NCBI RefSeq assembly: GCF_041918875.1
Contig: NZ_JAYRUV010000015.1
Coordinates: 28,139-92,138 of the forward strand
Direction of reading: 5' to 3'
Source: Dongia sp.
Lineage (GTDB): Bacteria; Pseudomonadota; Alphaproteobacteria; Dongiales; Dongiaceae
Length of the DNA stretch: 64,000 bases
Of this stretch, positions 40,333-49,490 are shown piece by piece. The notes beneath the pieces were generated by a model. It had not been told where the DNA came from. It ran no database searches and was given only the letters and a program-made list of their open reading frames with translations. The translations under genes were made by a program, and so were the position numbers. How positions within the stretch are numbered: position 1 is the first letter of the stretch; every line of letters starts with the position of its first letter.

Positions 40333-42366
40333 ATGCCCCGTGACCCACGTTTCGATCCTCTTTTCACCCCACTCCGGATCGGTCCGGTCACTGCACCCAA
40401 CCGCTTCTACCAGGTGCCCCATTGTTCGGGCATGGGACATGAGCGGCCGCACATCCTGGCTGCCATGCGCGGGGTGAAGGCGGAGGGCGGCTGGGGTGTG
40501 GTCAACACCGAATACTGCACGATCCACCCGACCTCCGACGACGCGCCCTACCCCATCCAGACTTTGTGGGACGATGACGACATCCGCCAGCATGCTCTGA
40601 TGACCGAGGCTGTCCACAAACACGGATCGCTGGCCGGCGTCGAACTGTTCCTGGGCGGACAGCGCATGGCCAACATGGCCTCGCGCCTGCCGCCGATGGG
40701 CATGGCAAGCCAGCCTGTGCTGACTGGCGATCCGCTGCAGACCAGGGCGCTCGACCGGCAGGATATCGCCGACATCCGCAGATGGCATGTGGAGGCGGCA
40801 AGGCGCGCCGTCAAGGCCGGGTTCGACATCGTCTATGTCTATGCCTGCCATCATTACCTGCTGCATTCCTTCCTCACCAAGGAGAACCGGCGCGGCGACG
40901 CATATGGCGGATCGCCCCTCAACCGCGTGCGCATCGTGCGCGAACTGCTGGAAGCGGTAAAGGAGGCGGTCGGCCACGAATGCGCGGTGGCGCTGCGCTG
41001 GTCGTCGAACAGCGAGTTGCCCGAGGACCAGGACGAGTGGCTGGAGATGACCGGGAGCCTCGACGGGCTGCCGGATCTCTGGGACGTCACCGTCAACGAC
41101 TACAGTCTGGAGATGGGGCCGTCGCGCTTCGTCAAGGAAGGTGCGCTGGAGTCGAACGTGGCGCGGATCCGCCAACTGGTGAGCGGCGCCATCGTCACGG
41201 TCGGGCGCTACACATCGCCGGAATCGATGCTGCGCCTCGTCAAATCCGGCACCGCCGATTTCGTCGGCGCGGCGCGGCCCTCGATCGCCGATCCCTTTCT
41301 GCCCAACAAGATCCGCGACGGGCGTTTCGACGATATCCGCGAATGCATCGGCTGCAATATCTGCTATGCGCATAATTCGCGCTCCGTCCCCATCCGCTGC
41401 ACGCAGAACCCGACCATGGGCGAGGAATGGCGGAGCAACTGGCACCCCGAAATCATCACGCGCGACGCGACACGGGAACGCGTGCTGATCATCGGCGCGG
41501 GGCCGGCGGGCCTTGAGGCGGCGCGGACGCTGGGCGCGCGCGGCTACGAAGTGGCGCTCGCCGAAAGATCGCGCGAGCCCGGCGGCCGCGTGAACCTGGA
41601 ATCGAAACTGCCGGGCCTTGCCGAATGGGCGCGCGTGCGCGACTGGCGGCTTGGGCAGATTTCGAAAATGCCCAATATCGAACTGTTCCTGGAAAGCGAG
41701 ATGAGCGCCACCGACGTGCGCGACTTCGACGCCGCCCATGTGATCTGCGCCACGGGCAGCACGTGGCGCAAGGACGGGACGGGAAGAGCGACGCAGGCGC
41801 CGACGCTGGACCCGCGCGATCCCGCCATCATCGCTCCTGAAGACATCATGCGCGGCCATGTGCCTGCGGGTCCGGTCGCAGTCTACGACGATGACGGCTT
41901 CTACCTGGGCCCGAGCCTTGCAGACAAGCTGCGCAACGCCGGTTGCGCGGTGCATCTGGTCACCAGTGCCGGCGTGGTCGCACCCTGGGCCAGCTATACA
42001 GGCGACCAGGCCGCGATCCACGCGCATGTGCTGGCGCAGGGCATCGCCTGCCATTTCAACAAATCGCTGCTGGCCTTCTCGTCCGGCAAGCTCGACCTCG
42101 GCTGCGTCTATGGCGGCGCACTGGCGAGCCTCGCCGTGGCGGCGCTGGTTCCGGTGACATCGCGCGAGCCCAACACCACCCTGTTCGACGCCCTAAAGAA
42201 TGATGCGGCCTTCAAAAGCATCACCCGCATCGGCGACGCTGAAGCGCCGGGCCTCATCGCCCATGCCATCCATGCCGGCCACCGCGCCGGCCGGCGGCTG
42301 GGGCGTCATGAAGGTATGGAACGAGCGGCGCGCGACCGGGGAATGGGATTGATGGCACCGCAATAA
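40333..42366 (+). CDS. Trimethylamine/histamine dehydrogenase-like Fe-S flavoprotein (OYE + 4Fe-4S + nucleotide-binding domains)
   Basis: NRFYQVPHC (Cys for 6-S-cysteinyl-FMN), KAEGGWGVVNTEYC, FDIVYVY, ARPSIADPFLP, IRECIGCNIC, CTQNPTMGEEWR, IIGAGPAGLEAA. Confidence 0.88.
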   Translation: MPRDPRFDPLFTPLRIGPVTAPNRFYQVPHCSGMGHERPHILAAMRGVKAEGGWGVVNTEYCTIHPTSDDAPYPIQTLWDDDDIRQHALMTEAVHKHGSLAGVELFLGGQRMANMASRLPPMGMASQPVLTGDPLQTRALDRQDIADIRRWHVEAARRAVKAGFDIVYVYACHHYLLHSFLTKENRRGDAYGGSPLNRVRIVRELLEAVKEAVGHECAVALRWSSNSELPEDQDEWLEMTGSLDGLPDLWDVTVNDYSLEMGPSRFVKEGALESNVARIRQLVSGAIVTVGRYTSPESMLRLVKSGTADFVGAARPSIADPFLPNKIRDGRFDDIRECIGCNICYAHNSRSVPIRCTQNPTMGEEWRSNWHPEIITRDATRERVLIIGAGPAGLEAARTLGARGYEVALAERSREPGGRVNLESKLPGLAEWARVRDWRLGQISKMPNIELFLESEMSATDVRDFDAAHVICATGSTWRKDGTGRATQAPTLDPRDPAIIAPEDIMRGHVPAGPVAVYDDDGFYLGPSLADKLRNAGCAVHLVTSAGVVAPWASYTGDQAAIHAHVLAQGIACHFNKSLLAFSSGKLDLGCVYGGALASLAVAALVPVTSREPNTTLFDALKNDAAFKSITRIGDAEAPGLIAHAIHAGHRAGRRLGRHEGMERAARDRGMGLMAPQ

Positions 42367-42432
42367 AAGCGAAAATCCTTATTGCCGCCTACGCCCAAAG
42401 ATTGTAGTATATCGTCGAATTCCGACTGACAA

Positions 42433-44493
42433 TTGATCCGGCATCGCTCTGCTTATTGGAGGGCTGGAATGCTATTCGACGGGCCGACATCTTCGTCGCG
42501 CACTCAGCGTGGCTTTTCCCGGACAAAGCGAGCGACCGGCTTGGCCGCAGGATTCTTCGCGGCACTTACCGGCTTGCCCAGCTTCGCTCATGCCGACGCG
42601 CCGGCCATCGAATGGTCCATCCCGCAGCCGCTGCGCCTGTTCAGGACGCAGGAGGGCGCCGACCGCTACATGGATTTGGCGCGCACGGTCATGGCGATGA
42701 CGCGGCGCAAGGATTTCGACAGCTTCGTCTCGACAATCTTCAGTAAGCGCTATTTCGTTTATGGCAGCGAGTCGGCACAAACGCGCGGCGAATTGGGAAA
42801 TTATCTGACCCAAACCTACTACCGGCCTGAAACCCACGACTACGACCCGACCTGGCTCCAACAGCCCACATTCGCGGTGGATCTCTATTTGACCGGTGCC
42901 GTACCGGCAGGGGCAACGTGTACCTGGCACACCCCCATCGGCACGACGCTCAAAGCAGCCGGCCAGCCGGACTCGCAACCGCCTGCCGGCAACATGCCCT
43001 GCCCGCGCGCCGCCGATGGCAGCCTGAGGCTGGACACCGCGCTGTCCAAGAACGAGATTTCGGTCGACATCCGCACCGGCAGCACAACGCAGACAATCAG
43101 CGCCATCATTGAGCCGCGCGATTACCTGATCGTGACATTGGGCGACTCATTCGGTGCCGGTGAAGGTGCACCGGACGAGCCACGCGCTGCGCGCACTCAT
43201 TTCGGCGAGGCCGCGCAATGGGAATATAGTCTGAGAAACTATTTCGCCCAAAAACGCGTCTTGCCGGCACATTGGTGGGATCAGCGTTGCCATCGATCTC
43301 TCTTCTCAGGCTCGGCGTTGGCGGTTGCGGCATTGGTCGATGCCCAGCATGCGGCGAAGAGGCCGCAGCACGCCAGCTACAGCTTCATCAGCTATGCCTG
43401 TTCGGGCGCGGCCGTCTTCGACGGAATTCTCACCGGCTATATCGGGCGTGAGGTACCGAGCCAGATCAAGAAAGCCAATGACAAAGGCCCGGTCCCGCAA
43501 GCCGCGCGCCTGGATGAAAAAGTGCTGGCTACTCCGCTGCCGCCACAGGTCGAGAATCTCGCCCGCAACCTTTGCAGCGATTGGGATGCCGCGGCCCGCC
43601 GATGCCGCGGCAATTACGCGCGCCAACCGGATGCACTGATCTTGTCGACCGGAGGCAACGATATCGGCTTCGGCGGTGTCATCCGCAACATGGAGAATGA
43701 CAATCGCAACGTGGAAGAAGCAATCGCCGCCGTGCGTAAGGCCGTCGACACCGCTATCGAGGTTCTGCCTTTCCTCAACGATCTCGTTGCCAACAGGGTG
43801 AAGGCGCTCGGCATCAAAGCCAAGACCTTGGTAATCATGGAATATCCCGACGTCATGTCGAGTGGGTTTTCCGCCGGCGATAAGGAGGATATCTGCTTCG
43901 ACGAGCATAGCCTGCTGCGCAAGACCATTCGTTCCTTGCTGGGACAGGGACAGCGGCGATCGATACCGATGCTGGCCATGGTCAAAGGCATGGACGGCAT
44001 TCGTCGGGCAGAAGCCGCATTCGCTCACGACCATGTCTTCGATGCGCTCATCAAGGCGGTGCATCGCGCAGCCAAGCAGCATGGCTGGCTGACCTTGGGA
44101 AATAGTGACGCCCATACCGTGCGCACTGGCTTTATCGGCGCTTCCCTCGGCAATGGCTATTGCGCGCGCTTGACACCTTTCACATTGAATTTCAGCGATA
44201 CGAATGCCTTCCAGGGGACCATCCCTGAAGTCACGCTCACTGCCGCCGATGTCGGCGGGCTCGACCGCAAGACCGGCAGCGATGCCATGGTAAGCGACCC
44301 TGCCGTCAAGCGGCTGTTCGATGCCGCCGAGACGGCGAAGATCGAACCACGACTGGATGCGGTCTCGAAGACCAAGGCCTTCGGCGGCATCCCGTCCGGC
44401 ATCTTCCATCCCAACTATCTCGGCTATCGCAACTACGCCGTCTTCATTGCAAAGCGGCTGGATACGAGCCTGGGTCTCGGTCTGGGACTGTAG
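42433..44493 (+). CDS. Large, probably secreted SGNH/GDSL-type hydrolase (start uncertain)
   Basis: Signal-like AGFFAALTGLPSFAHA-DA, LGDSFGAGEG (block I), CHRS, ACSGA, STGGNDIGF (block III), FHPNYLGY (block V). Confidence 0.75.
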   Translation: MIRHRSAYWRAGMLFDGPTSSSRTQRGFSRTKRATGLAAGFFAALTGLPSFAHADAPAIEWSIPQPLRLFRTQEGADRYMDLARTVMAMTRRKDFDSFVSTIFSKRYFVYGSESAQTRGELGNYLTQTYYRPETHDYDPTWLQQPTFAVDLYLTGAVPAGATCTWHTPIGTTLKAAGQPDSQPPAGNMPCPRAADGSLRLDTALSKNEISVDIRTGSTTQTISAIIEPRDYLIVTLGDSFGAGEGAPDEPRAARTHFGEAAQWEYSLRNYFAQKRVLPAHWWDQRCHRSLFSGSALAVAALVDAQHAAKRPQHASYSFISYACSGAAVFDGILTGYIGREVPSQIKKANDKGPVPQAARLDEKVLATPLPPQVENLARNLCSDWDAAARRCRGNYARQPDALILSTGGNDIGFGGVIRNMENDNRNVEEAIAAVRKAVDTAIEVLPFLNDLVANRVKALGIKAKTLVIMEYPDVMSSGFSAGDKEDICFDEHSLLRKTIRSLLGQGQRRSIPMLAMVKGMDGIRRAEAAFAHDHVFDALIKAVHRAAKQHGWLTLGNSDAHTVRTGFIGASLGNGYCARLTPFTLNFSDTNAFQGTIPEVTLTAADVGGLDRKTGSDAMVSDPAVKRLFDAAETAKIEPRLDAVSKTKAFGGIPSGIFHPNYLGYRNYAVFIAKRLDTSLGLGLGL

Positions 44494-44513
44494 GGGCGGC
44501 AGATGGGCGACCA

Positions 44514-44594
44514 TTCCACGCCGTCTTCGCCTCGTGCCGCAGCCAGCTGCCGGCAGTGCGGGCGTTCCTCGATTTCCTCGACGCGGAGATTCTA
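44514..44594 (+). pseudogene. Remnant of a LysR (CrgA/DmlR-like) C-terminus
   Basis: Translates FHAVFASCRSQLPAVRAFLDFLDAEIL, matching the HAVxxsrRxlxPaVRAFxDFL terminus; no upstream part. Confidence 0.6.
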
Positions 44595-44972
44595 GTCCTG
44601 GCGCGGCAATGTGTCGGCGGTGTCGAACCAGGGCAGGCGGCTGCGGCACCAGACATGCTCGCGCGGCGGAAAGGCTGAAGGGTCGTCGAGCGTCGGCGTG
44701 TTGAAGGCGACATCGAAAGGCCCCTGCCGCCCCCGATAGAGCAACTGGCTGCCACACACGGCACAGAATTCGCGCTGGCCATGCTCGCTGGAATTGAAGA
44801 CGACGGGCTCGCCCTTGGTGTAGGCGAACTGGTCGGCATGTATGCGCGCAAAGGCCTGCGCGGGGGCACCGCTGGTACGCTGGCAGATGCGGCAATGACA
44901 ATAGCCGGTGCCGAACGCCTCCCCCGTCACGCGGTAACGCAAAGCCCCGCATTCGCAGCCACCTTCATGCAT
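44592..44972 (-). CDS. GFA family protein
   Basis: EGGCECG, YCHCRICQRTSGAP, FCAVCGSQL. Confidence 0.9.
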   Translation of the reverse strand: MHEGGCECGALRYRVTGEAFGTGYCHCRICQRTSGAPAQAFARIHADQFAYTKGEPVVFNSSEHGQREFCAVCGSQLLYRGRQGPFDVAFNTPTLDDPSAFPPREHVWCRSRLPWFDTADTLPRQD

Positions 44973-45051
44973 TGAAGCCTCCCTTCCCGCTTCTTTCGAA
45001 CCAATGTCAGGAAGATAGCACGGAACACCCAGCTTGAAAGCGACGGCAACA

Positions 45052-45075
45052 ATATTGACAATATATTGTCAATAT
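45052..45075. promoter_or_regulatory. Perfect 24-bp palindrome, likely MarR operator containing TTGACA on both strands
   Basis: ATATTGACAATATATTGTCAATAT is its own reverse complement; lies between the divergent GFA and marR genes. Confidence 0.8.
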
Positions 45076-45089
45076 GGCAGTTTATTGCC

Positions 45090-45551
45090 ATGAGACATAC
45101 AGCCCTCGACGCCATCACCGAGCTGATGCTGGAGACGTTCCGCCTGAACGGCCGACTGCTGGCGGCCGGCGACGTTCTGGTGGCGGGGATCGGCCTCACC
45201 TCCGCGCGCTGGCAGGTGCTGGGTGCCATCGCCTTGAACGCTCCGGCGCTGCCGGTCGCACACATCGCGCGCAATATGGGCCTGACGCGCCAGGCGGTGC
45301 AGCGGACCGTCAACGAGATGGCGGCGGAGGGGCTGGTGCGCTTTGCGCCCAACCCGCATCACCGGCGTGCCAAGCTGGTGGAACTGACGCCGCAGGGCGA
45401 GGCGGCCTATGCCGGCGCCATCAGGCGGCACCGGCCCTGGGCCACGAATCTGGCGCGGGGCTTGAGCGTCAGGCAACTGGATGCAGCCCATGCCGTGCTG
45501 CGCCGCATCCGCGAACAGTTGGAAGCGGCAGCGGAGACGGACGATGCTTAA
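45090..45551 (+). CDS. MarR family regulator
   Basis: GLTSARWQVLGAI, IARNMGLTRQAVQR, NPHHRRAKLVELT. Confidence 0.9.
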   Translation: MRHTALDAITELMLETFRLNGRLLAAGDVLVAGIGLTSARWQVLGAIALNAPALPVAHIARNMGLTRQAVQRTVNEMAAEGLVRFAPNPHHRRAKLVELTPQGEAAYAGAIRRHRPWATNLARGLSVRQLDAAHAVLRRIREQLEAAAETDDA

Positions 45552-45975
45552 GCGCATGCACCCCATTGCCGGCTGTCTCGGCTTTGCCATCATCCTGACA
45601 TTCTGGCTGTCCACGCTGGGAACGGAACTGTTTGGGACGGTGGCCGCCATCGTCGCGGTCAAGATCACGATTCCCTGGGGCTTCATCCTGCTGGTCCCTG
45701 CCCTCGCCTTCACTGGGGCCTCGGGCGCCAGAATGGCCGGCAAGTCCGGCGATGCGCGGATTGCGGCCAAACAATCACGCATGAAGATCATCGCCGCCAA
45801 CGGCCTGCTCGTCCTGATGCCAGCCGCCTTCTATCTGGCCCATCTGGCAGCGCAATTGCAGTTCGGCGGTGTTTTCTATGCCGTGCAGGCGGTGGAACTG
45901 CTGGCCGGCGCCGTCAATCTCAGCCTCATGGCGCTCAACATGCGCGACGGATTACGCCTCGCCGGGCGCGTGTAA
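45544..45975 (+). CDS. Conserved-looking 4-TM membrane protein, coupled to marR
   Basis: MLKRMHPIAG..FWLST..ELFG..RMKIIAANGLLVLMP..QAVELLAGAVNL..LNMRDG; overlaps the marR stop. Confidence 0.75.
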   Translation: MLKRMHPIAGCLGFAIILTFWLSTLGTELFGTVAAIVAVKITIPWGFILLVPALAFTGASGARMAGKSGDARIAAKQSRMKIIAANGLLVLMPAAFYLAHLAAQLQFGGVFYAVQAVELLAGAVNLSLMALNMRDGLRLAGRV

Positions 45976-46072
45976 CCAGTCACCGCGTCAACGTGCATCG
46001 CCGCCATGTGAGCCGTGCATGTCCGGCGGCCTCGACAAGGGACGCGGCGGCGGGCCATCCTGGACGGGCCCA

Positions 46073-46984
46073 ATGCATACGAGTTCCATCTTGACCCTCG
46101 CCACCAACACCAAGATTACCGAGAACACGCAATGGGGCGTGGCGCTGGCCATCCTGGGCTATGGCATCTTTTCCGGCCAGGACGCCATCGTCAAATGGCT
46201 GGTGATGCATGATTACGCGATCTTCCAGATCCTGTTCGTGCGTTCGCTCACCATCTCGATCATCAGTTTCAGCGTCGGCGGCAGAAGCGGCTTGCTGGCG
46301 GTGGCGCGCAGCCGCAACAAAGGCGGGCTCACCTTGCGCGCGGCGCTGCTGCTGGCGGCATGGCTCTGCTATTTCACAGCGGCCAAACACCTGGCGCTCC
46401 CCGATCTGGTGACGCTCTATTATGCCGCCCCCGTCATCGTCACGGTGATGTCGATCCTGTTCCTGCGGGAGAAGGTCAATGTCTGGCGCTGGGCCTCGGT
46501 CATCGTCGGGTTCATCGGCGTCGCCATTGCCGCCAACCCCGGCGGCCGGCCGGAATTGTGGCCGGCGCTGCTGGTGCTGGTGGCCGCCACTTTCTGGGCC
46601 TTCGCCACGATCCTCGTGCGCAAGATCATGCATGTGGAGCCGACCATCAATCAGATGATCTTCACCAATGGCGGTTTTGCCCTGCTGTGCGGCGCCGCCA
46701 TGCCCTGGCTGTGGCACAGCCCGGATCTATTCGACCTCGGCCTGATGGTGGGCCTGGGCCTGCTCAGCGGATCGGGCCAGTACCTGCTTTACGAAAGCTT
46801 CCGCCATGCGCCGGCCTCCGTGATCGCACCCACGGAATATACCGCCCTCGTCTGGTCGGTGATCCTCGGCTATCTCGTCTGGCGGGACCTGCCGACCCAT
46901 ACCGGCATCGTCGGCGCGGTCCTCATCGTGGCATCGAGTGCCATCGTGATGCTGGGGGAGCGCAACAAGGTGGCAGGCGAATAA
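46073..46984 (+). CDS. DMT/EamA family transporter
   Basis: About 10 TM segments, QILFVRS, LFLREKV..WRW, APASVIAPTEY. Confidence 0.88.
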   Translation: MHTSSILTLATNTKITENTQWGVALAILGYGIFSGQDAIVKWLVMHDYAIFQILFVRSLTISIISFSVGGRSGLLAVARSRNKGGLTLRAALLLAAWLCYFTAAKHLALPDLVTLYYAAPVIVTVMSILFLREKVNVWRWASVIVGFIGVAIAANPGGRPELWPALLVLVAATFWAFATILVRKIMHVEPTINQMIFTNGGFALLCGAAMPWLWHSPDLFDLGLMVGLGLLSGSGQYLLYESFRHAPASVIAPTEYTALVWSVILGYLVWRDLPTHTGIVGAVLIVASSAIVMLGERNKVAGE

Positions 46985-47184
46985 CGGGTTGGGATTGGCA
47001 TGGATGAATGGAAGCGACGGCAACCGCTTCGCAGATAGGCGTTTTTTGCGTCTGCGAAGCCATCGCCGGGAAGCATGGCCGTTCCCCCATTCGCGGCTGC
47101 TATTCCCCCTTTTCCTGCAGGGAAACAAGGCTAGAATGCCGCCCGATTCAATGTCGCCAACACCAGCCAAGGATCGCACAGGCC

Positions 47185-48366
47185 ATGAGCCAGGACGCTG
47201 CCGCTCTTCGGGGCAATTGGAACTATCCCACCTCGGTCAAATTCGGCTGCGGCCGTATCAAGGAATTGCCCGACCATTGCAAGGCGGTCGGCCTGAAACG
47301 GCCCCTGCTGGTGACCGATCCGGGCCTTGCCAATTTGCCGATGATCAAGGAAGCGATCGCCGGTAACGAGGCCGCCGGCATTCCCACCGGCCTGTTCTCG
47401 GAAATCCAGGGCAACCCGATTGCCAAGAATGTCGAGGACGGCCTCAAGGTCTATCGCGCCGGCCGCCACGACGGCGTCATCGCCTTCGGCGGCGGCTCGG
47501 CCCTGGACGCCGCCAAGGTCATCGCCTTCATGACCGGCCAGACCCGCCCGATCTGGGATTTCGAGGATATCGGCGATTGGTGGACCCGCGCCAATCCGGA
47601 CGGCATCGCGCCGATCATCGCCGTGCCGACCACCTCGGGCACGGGCTCCGAAGTGGGCCGCGCCGGCGTCATCACCGACGAGACCACGCACACCAAGAAG
47701 ATCATCTTCCACCCGAAGATGATGCCGACCGTCGTCATCGACGATCCGGAACTGACCGTGGGCCTGCCGCCGCATGTCACCGCCGCCACCGGCATGGACG
47801 CGCTGTCGCATTGCCTCGAAGCCTATTGCGCCCCGGGCTTTCACCCGATGGCCGACGGCATCGCGCTCGAGGGCATGCGCCTGGTGCAGGAGAACCTGCC
47901 GGCCGCGGTGAAGGACGGCAAGAACCTCGCCGCACGCGCCAACATGATGATCGCCGCGACCATGGGCGCCACCGCCTTCCAGAAGGGCCTTGGCGGCATG
48001 CATGCCATCAGCCATCCGCTGGGTGCGTTGTACAACACGCATCACGGCCTCACCAATGCCGTGGTGATGCCCTATGTGCTGGAGTTCAACCGCAAGGCCA
48101 TCGACGAACGCATGACGCGCCTCGCCCGTTTCCTCGACCTGGCCAATCCGGGCTTCGATGCCGTGCAGAAATGGATCCTCGCTTTGCGCAAGGATATCGG
48201 CATTCCGCATACGCTGAAGGAGATCGGCGTCGACGACAAGCGCGTCGACGAAGTAGCCAAGATGGCGGCCGAAGACCCCTCCGCCGGCGGCAACCCGATC
48301 AAGGTCGGCGCCAGCGAGCTGGGGTCGATCTTCGTGAAGGGCCTCAACGGCACCTTGGCGGCGTAA
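47185..48366 (+). CDS. Iron-containing alcohol dehydrogenase
   Basis: NWNYPTSVKFG, LLVTDPG, FGGGSALD, PTTSGTGSE, GMDALSHCLEAY, HAISH, HHG. Confidence 0.93.
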   Translation: MSQDAAALRGNWNYPTSVKFGCGRIKELPDHCKAVGLKRPLLVTDPGLANLPMIKEAIAGNEAAGIPTGLFSEIQGNPIAKNVEDGLKVYRAGRHDGVIAFGGGSALDAAKVIAFMTGQTRPIWDFEDIGDWWTRANPDGIAPIIAVPTTSGTGSEVGRAGVITDETTHTKKIIFHPKMMPTVVIDDPELTVGLPPHVTAATGMDALSHCLEAYCAPGFHPMADGIALEGMRLVQENLPAAVKDGKNLAARANMMIAATMGATAFQKGLGGMHAISHPLGALYNTHHGLTNAVVMPYVLEFNRKAIDERMTRLARFLDLANPGFDAVQKWILALRKDIGIPHTLKEIGVDDKRVDEVAKMAAEDPSAGGNPIKVGASELGSIFVKGLNGTLAA

Positions 48367-48387
48367 GATCCTTTCGACTGAATGCGG

Positions 48388-48421
48388 AAAGGCCGGGCAG
48401 TGATGCCCGGCCTTTTTGTTT
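48388..48421 (+). terminator. Intrinsic terminator after the Fe-ADH gene
   Basis: AAAGGCCGGGCA-GTGA-TGCCCGGCCTTTTTGTTT. Confidence 0.85.
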
Positions 48422-48431
48422 CCGCGAAGCG

Positions 48432-48471
48432 CCCCCTCTTCCTAACCCTCTCCCACGTTGGGGAGCGGGGG
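48432..48471. repeat. Degenerate single REP-like family A unit
   Basis: CCCCCTCTTCCTAACCCTCTCCCACGTTGGGGAGCGGGGG. Confidence 0.55.
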
Positions 48472-48479
48472 CTGTCGGT

Positions 48480-49424
48480 TCAGAGGCCGCCCCGCGCCCT
48501 CCGTGCTTCATAGGCCTGCAGATGGCAATAGACCATGCGCAGGACATTGGCGTCGTGGCCGAATTCGTGGGCGCGGCGGTACATGTCGCCGATGATATGG
48601 TCGGCCTCGATGGCGCCGCCCTTCTCGATGTCGCGCAGCATCGAGGCCATGAAGGTGGAGCCGGGCGCCATCAGGAGCTTCCTGGCATTGACGAGATAGT
48701 CGGCGCTGGGCGGATAGCCGTTTTCGGTGGCGACCGAGATCGCTTCCTGCAGCAGTTCCTCGATGAGCTCGCGCCCCTCCTTCGCCGCCATCACATCGCC
48801 GGTGGCGCCGCGCATCAGGCAGGTGATGCCGCCCAAAGTGCCGATCATGACCCACTTATCCCACAGGGCCTGGTCGACGGGATCGAGCAGCCTGGCGGAG
48901 AAATTGGCGCTGCCGCAGAGCGTGGCGAGGTCGCTGACGACGGCTTGCGCGCGCGGGGTCGGCGGATATTCCTCGAACGGACCGAAGACCATCCGCGCGA
49001 ACTCGCTCTTGTGCAGAATCTCGCCTGCGGGCGACAGTGTCGTCTCGATCTGGCACATGCCGCCGATGGTCTGCTCGGCACCGAAGCGCGCGCGCAGATC
49101 GTCGTGATGGCGCATGCCGTTGAGAAGCGGCAGGACGATGGCGCCCGCCGCCACATGGGGGGCGATCGCTTCGATGGCGGGGGCGAGGTCATAGGCCTTG
49201 CAACTGACGATGACGAGGTCGAAGGGGCCGGCCCCTTGCGCATCCTCGATGGTCCTCACGGGGAGCTTGGCATCGCCGAGCGCGCTCTTGATGACGAGTC
49301 CATTGGCGGCAAGGTTGCGGGCCCGGGCCGGGCGCACCTGGAAGGTGACGTCGCCGCCGGCTTCGATAAGCCGCCCACCGAAATAGCCGCCAACGCCCCC
49401 GGCGCCCAGGATCAGAATTTTCAT
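48480..49424 (-). CDS. panE: 2-dehydropantoate 2-reductase
   Basis: ILGAGGVGGYFG, CKAYD, PLLNG, WDKW, SMLRDIEKG, EAD. Confidence 0.88.
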   Translation of the reverse strand: MKILILGAGGVGGYFGGRLIEAGGDVTFQVRPARARNLAANGLVIKSALGDAKLPVRTIEDAQGAGPFDLVIVSCKAYDLAPAIEAIAPHVAAGAIVLPLLNGMRHHDDLRARFGAEQTIGGMCQIETTLSPAGEILHKSEFARMVFGPFEEYPPTPRAQAVVSDLATLCGSANFSARLLDPVDQALWDKWVMIGTLGGITCLMRGATGDVMAAKEGRELIEELLQEAISVATENGYPPSADYLVNARKLLMAPGSTFMASMLRDIEKGGAIEADHIIGDMYRRAHEFGHDANVLRMVYCHLQAYEARRARGGL

Positions 49425-49490
49425 GCCGCTTTCCTCATGTTGGAAGGCGACAATAACCCGGGGCCGGGCGGAACGCCAACGCCGCGCGGG

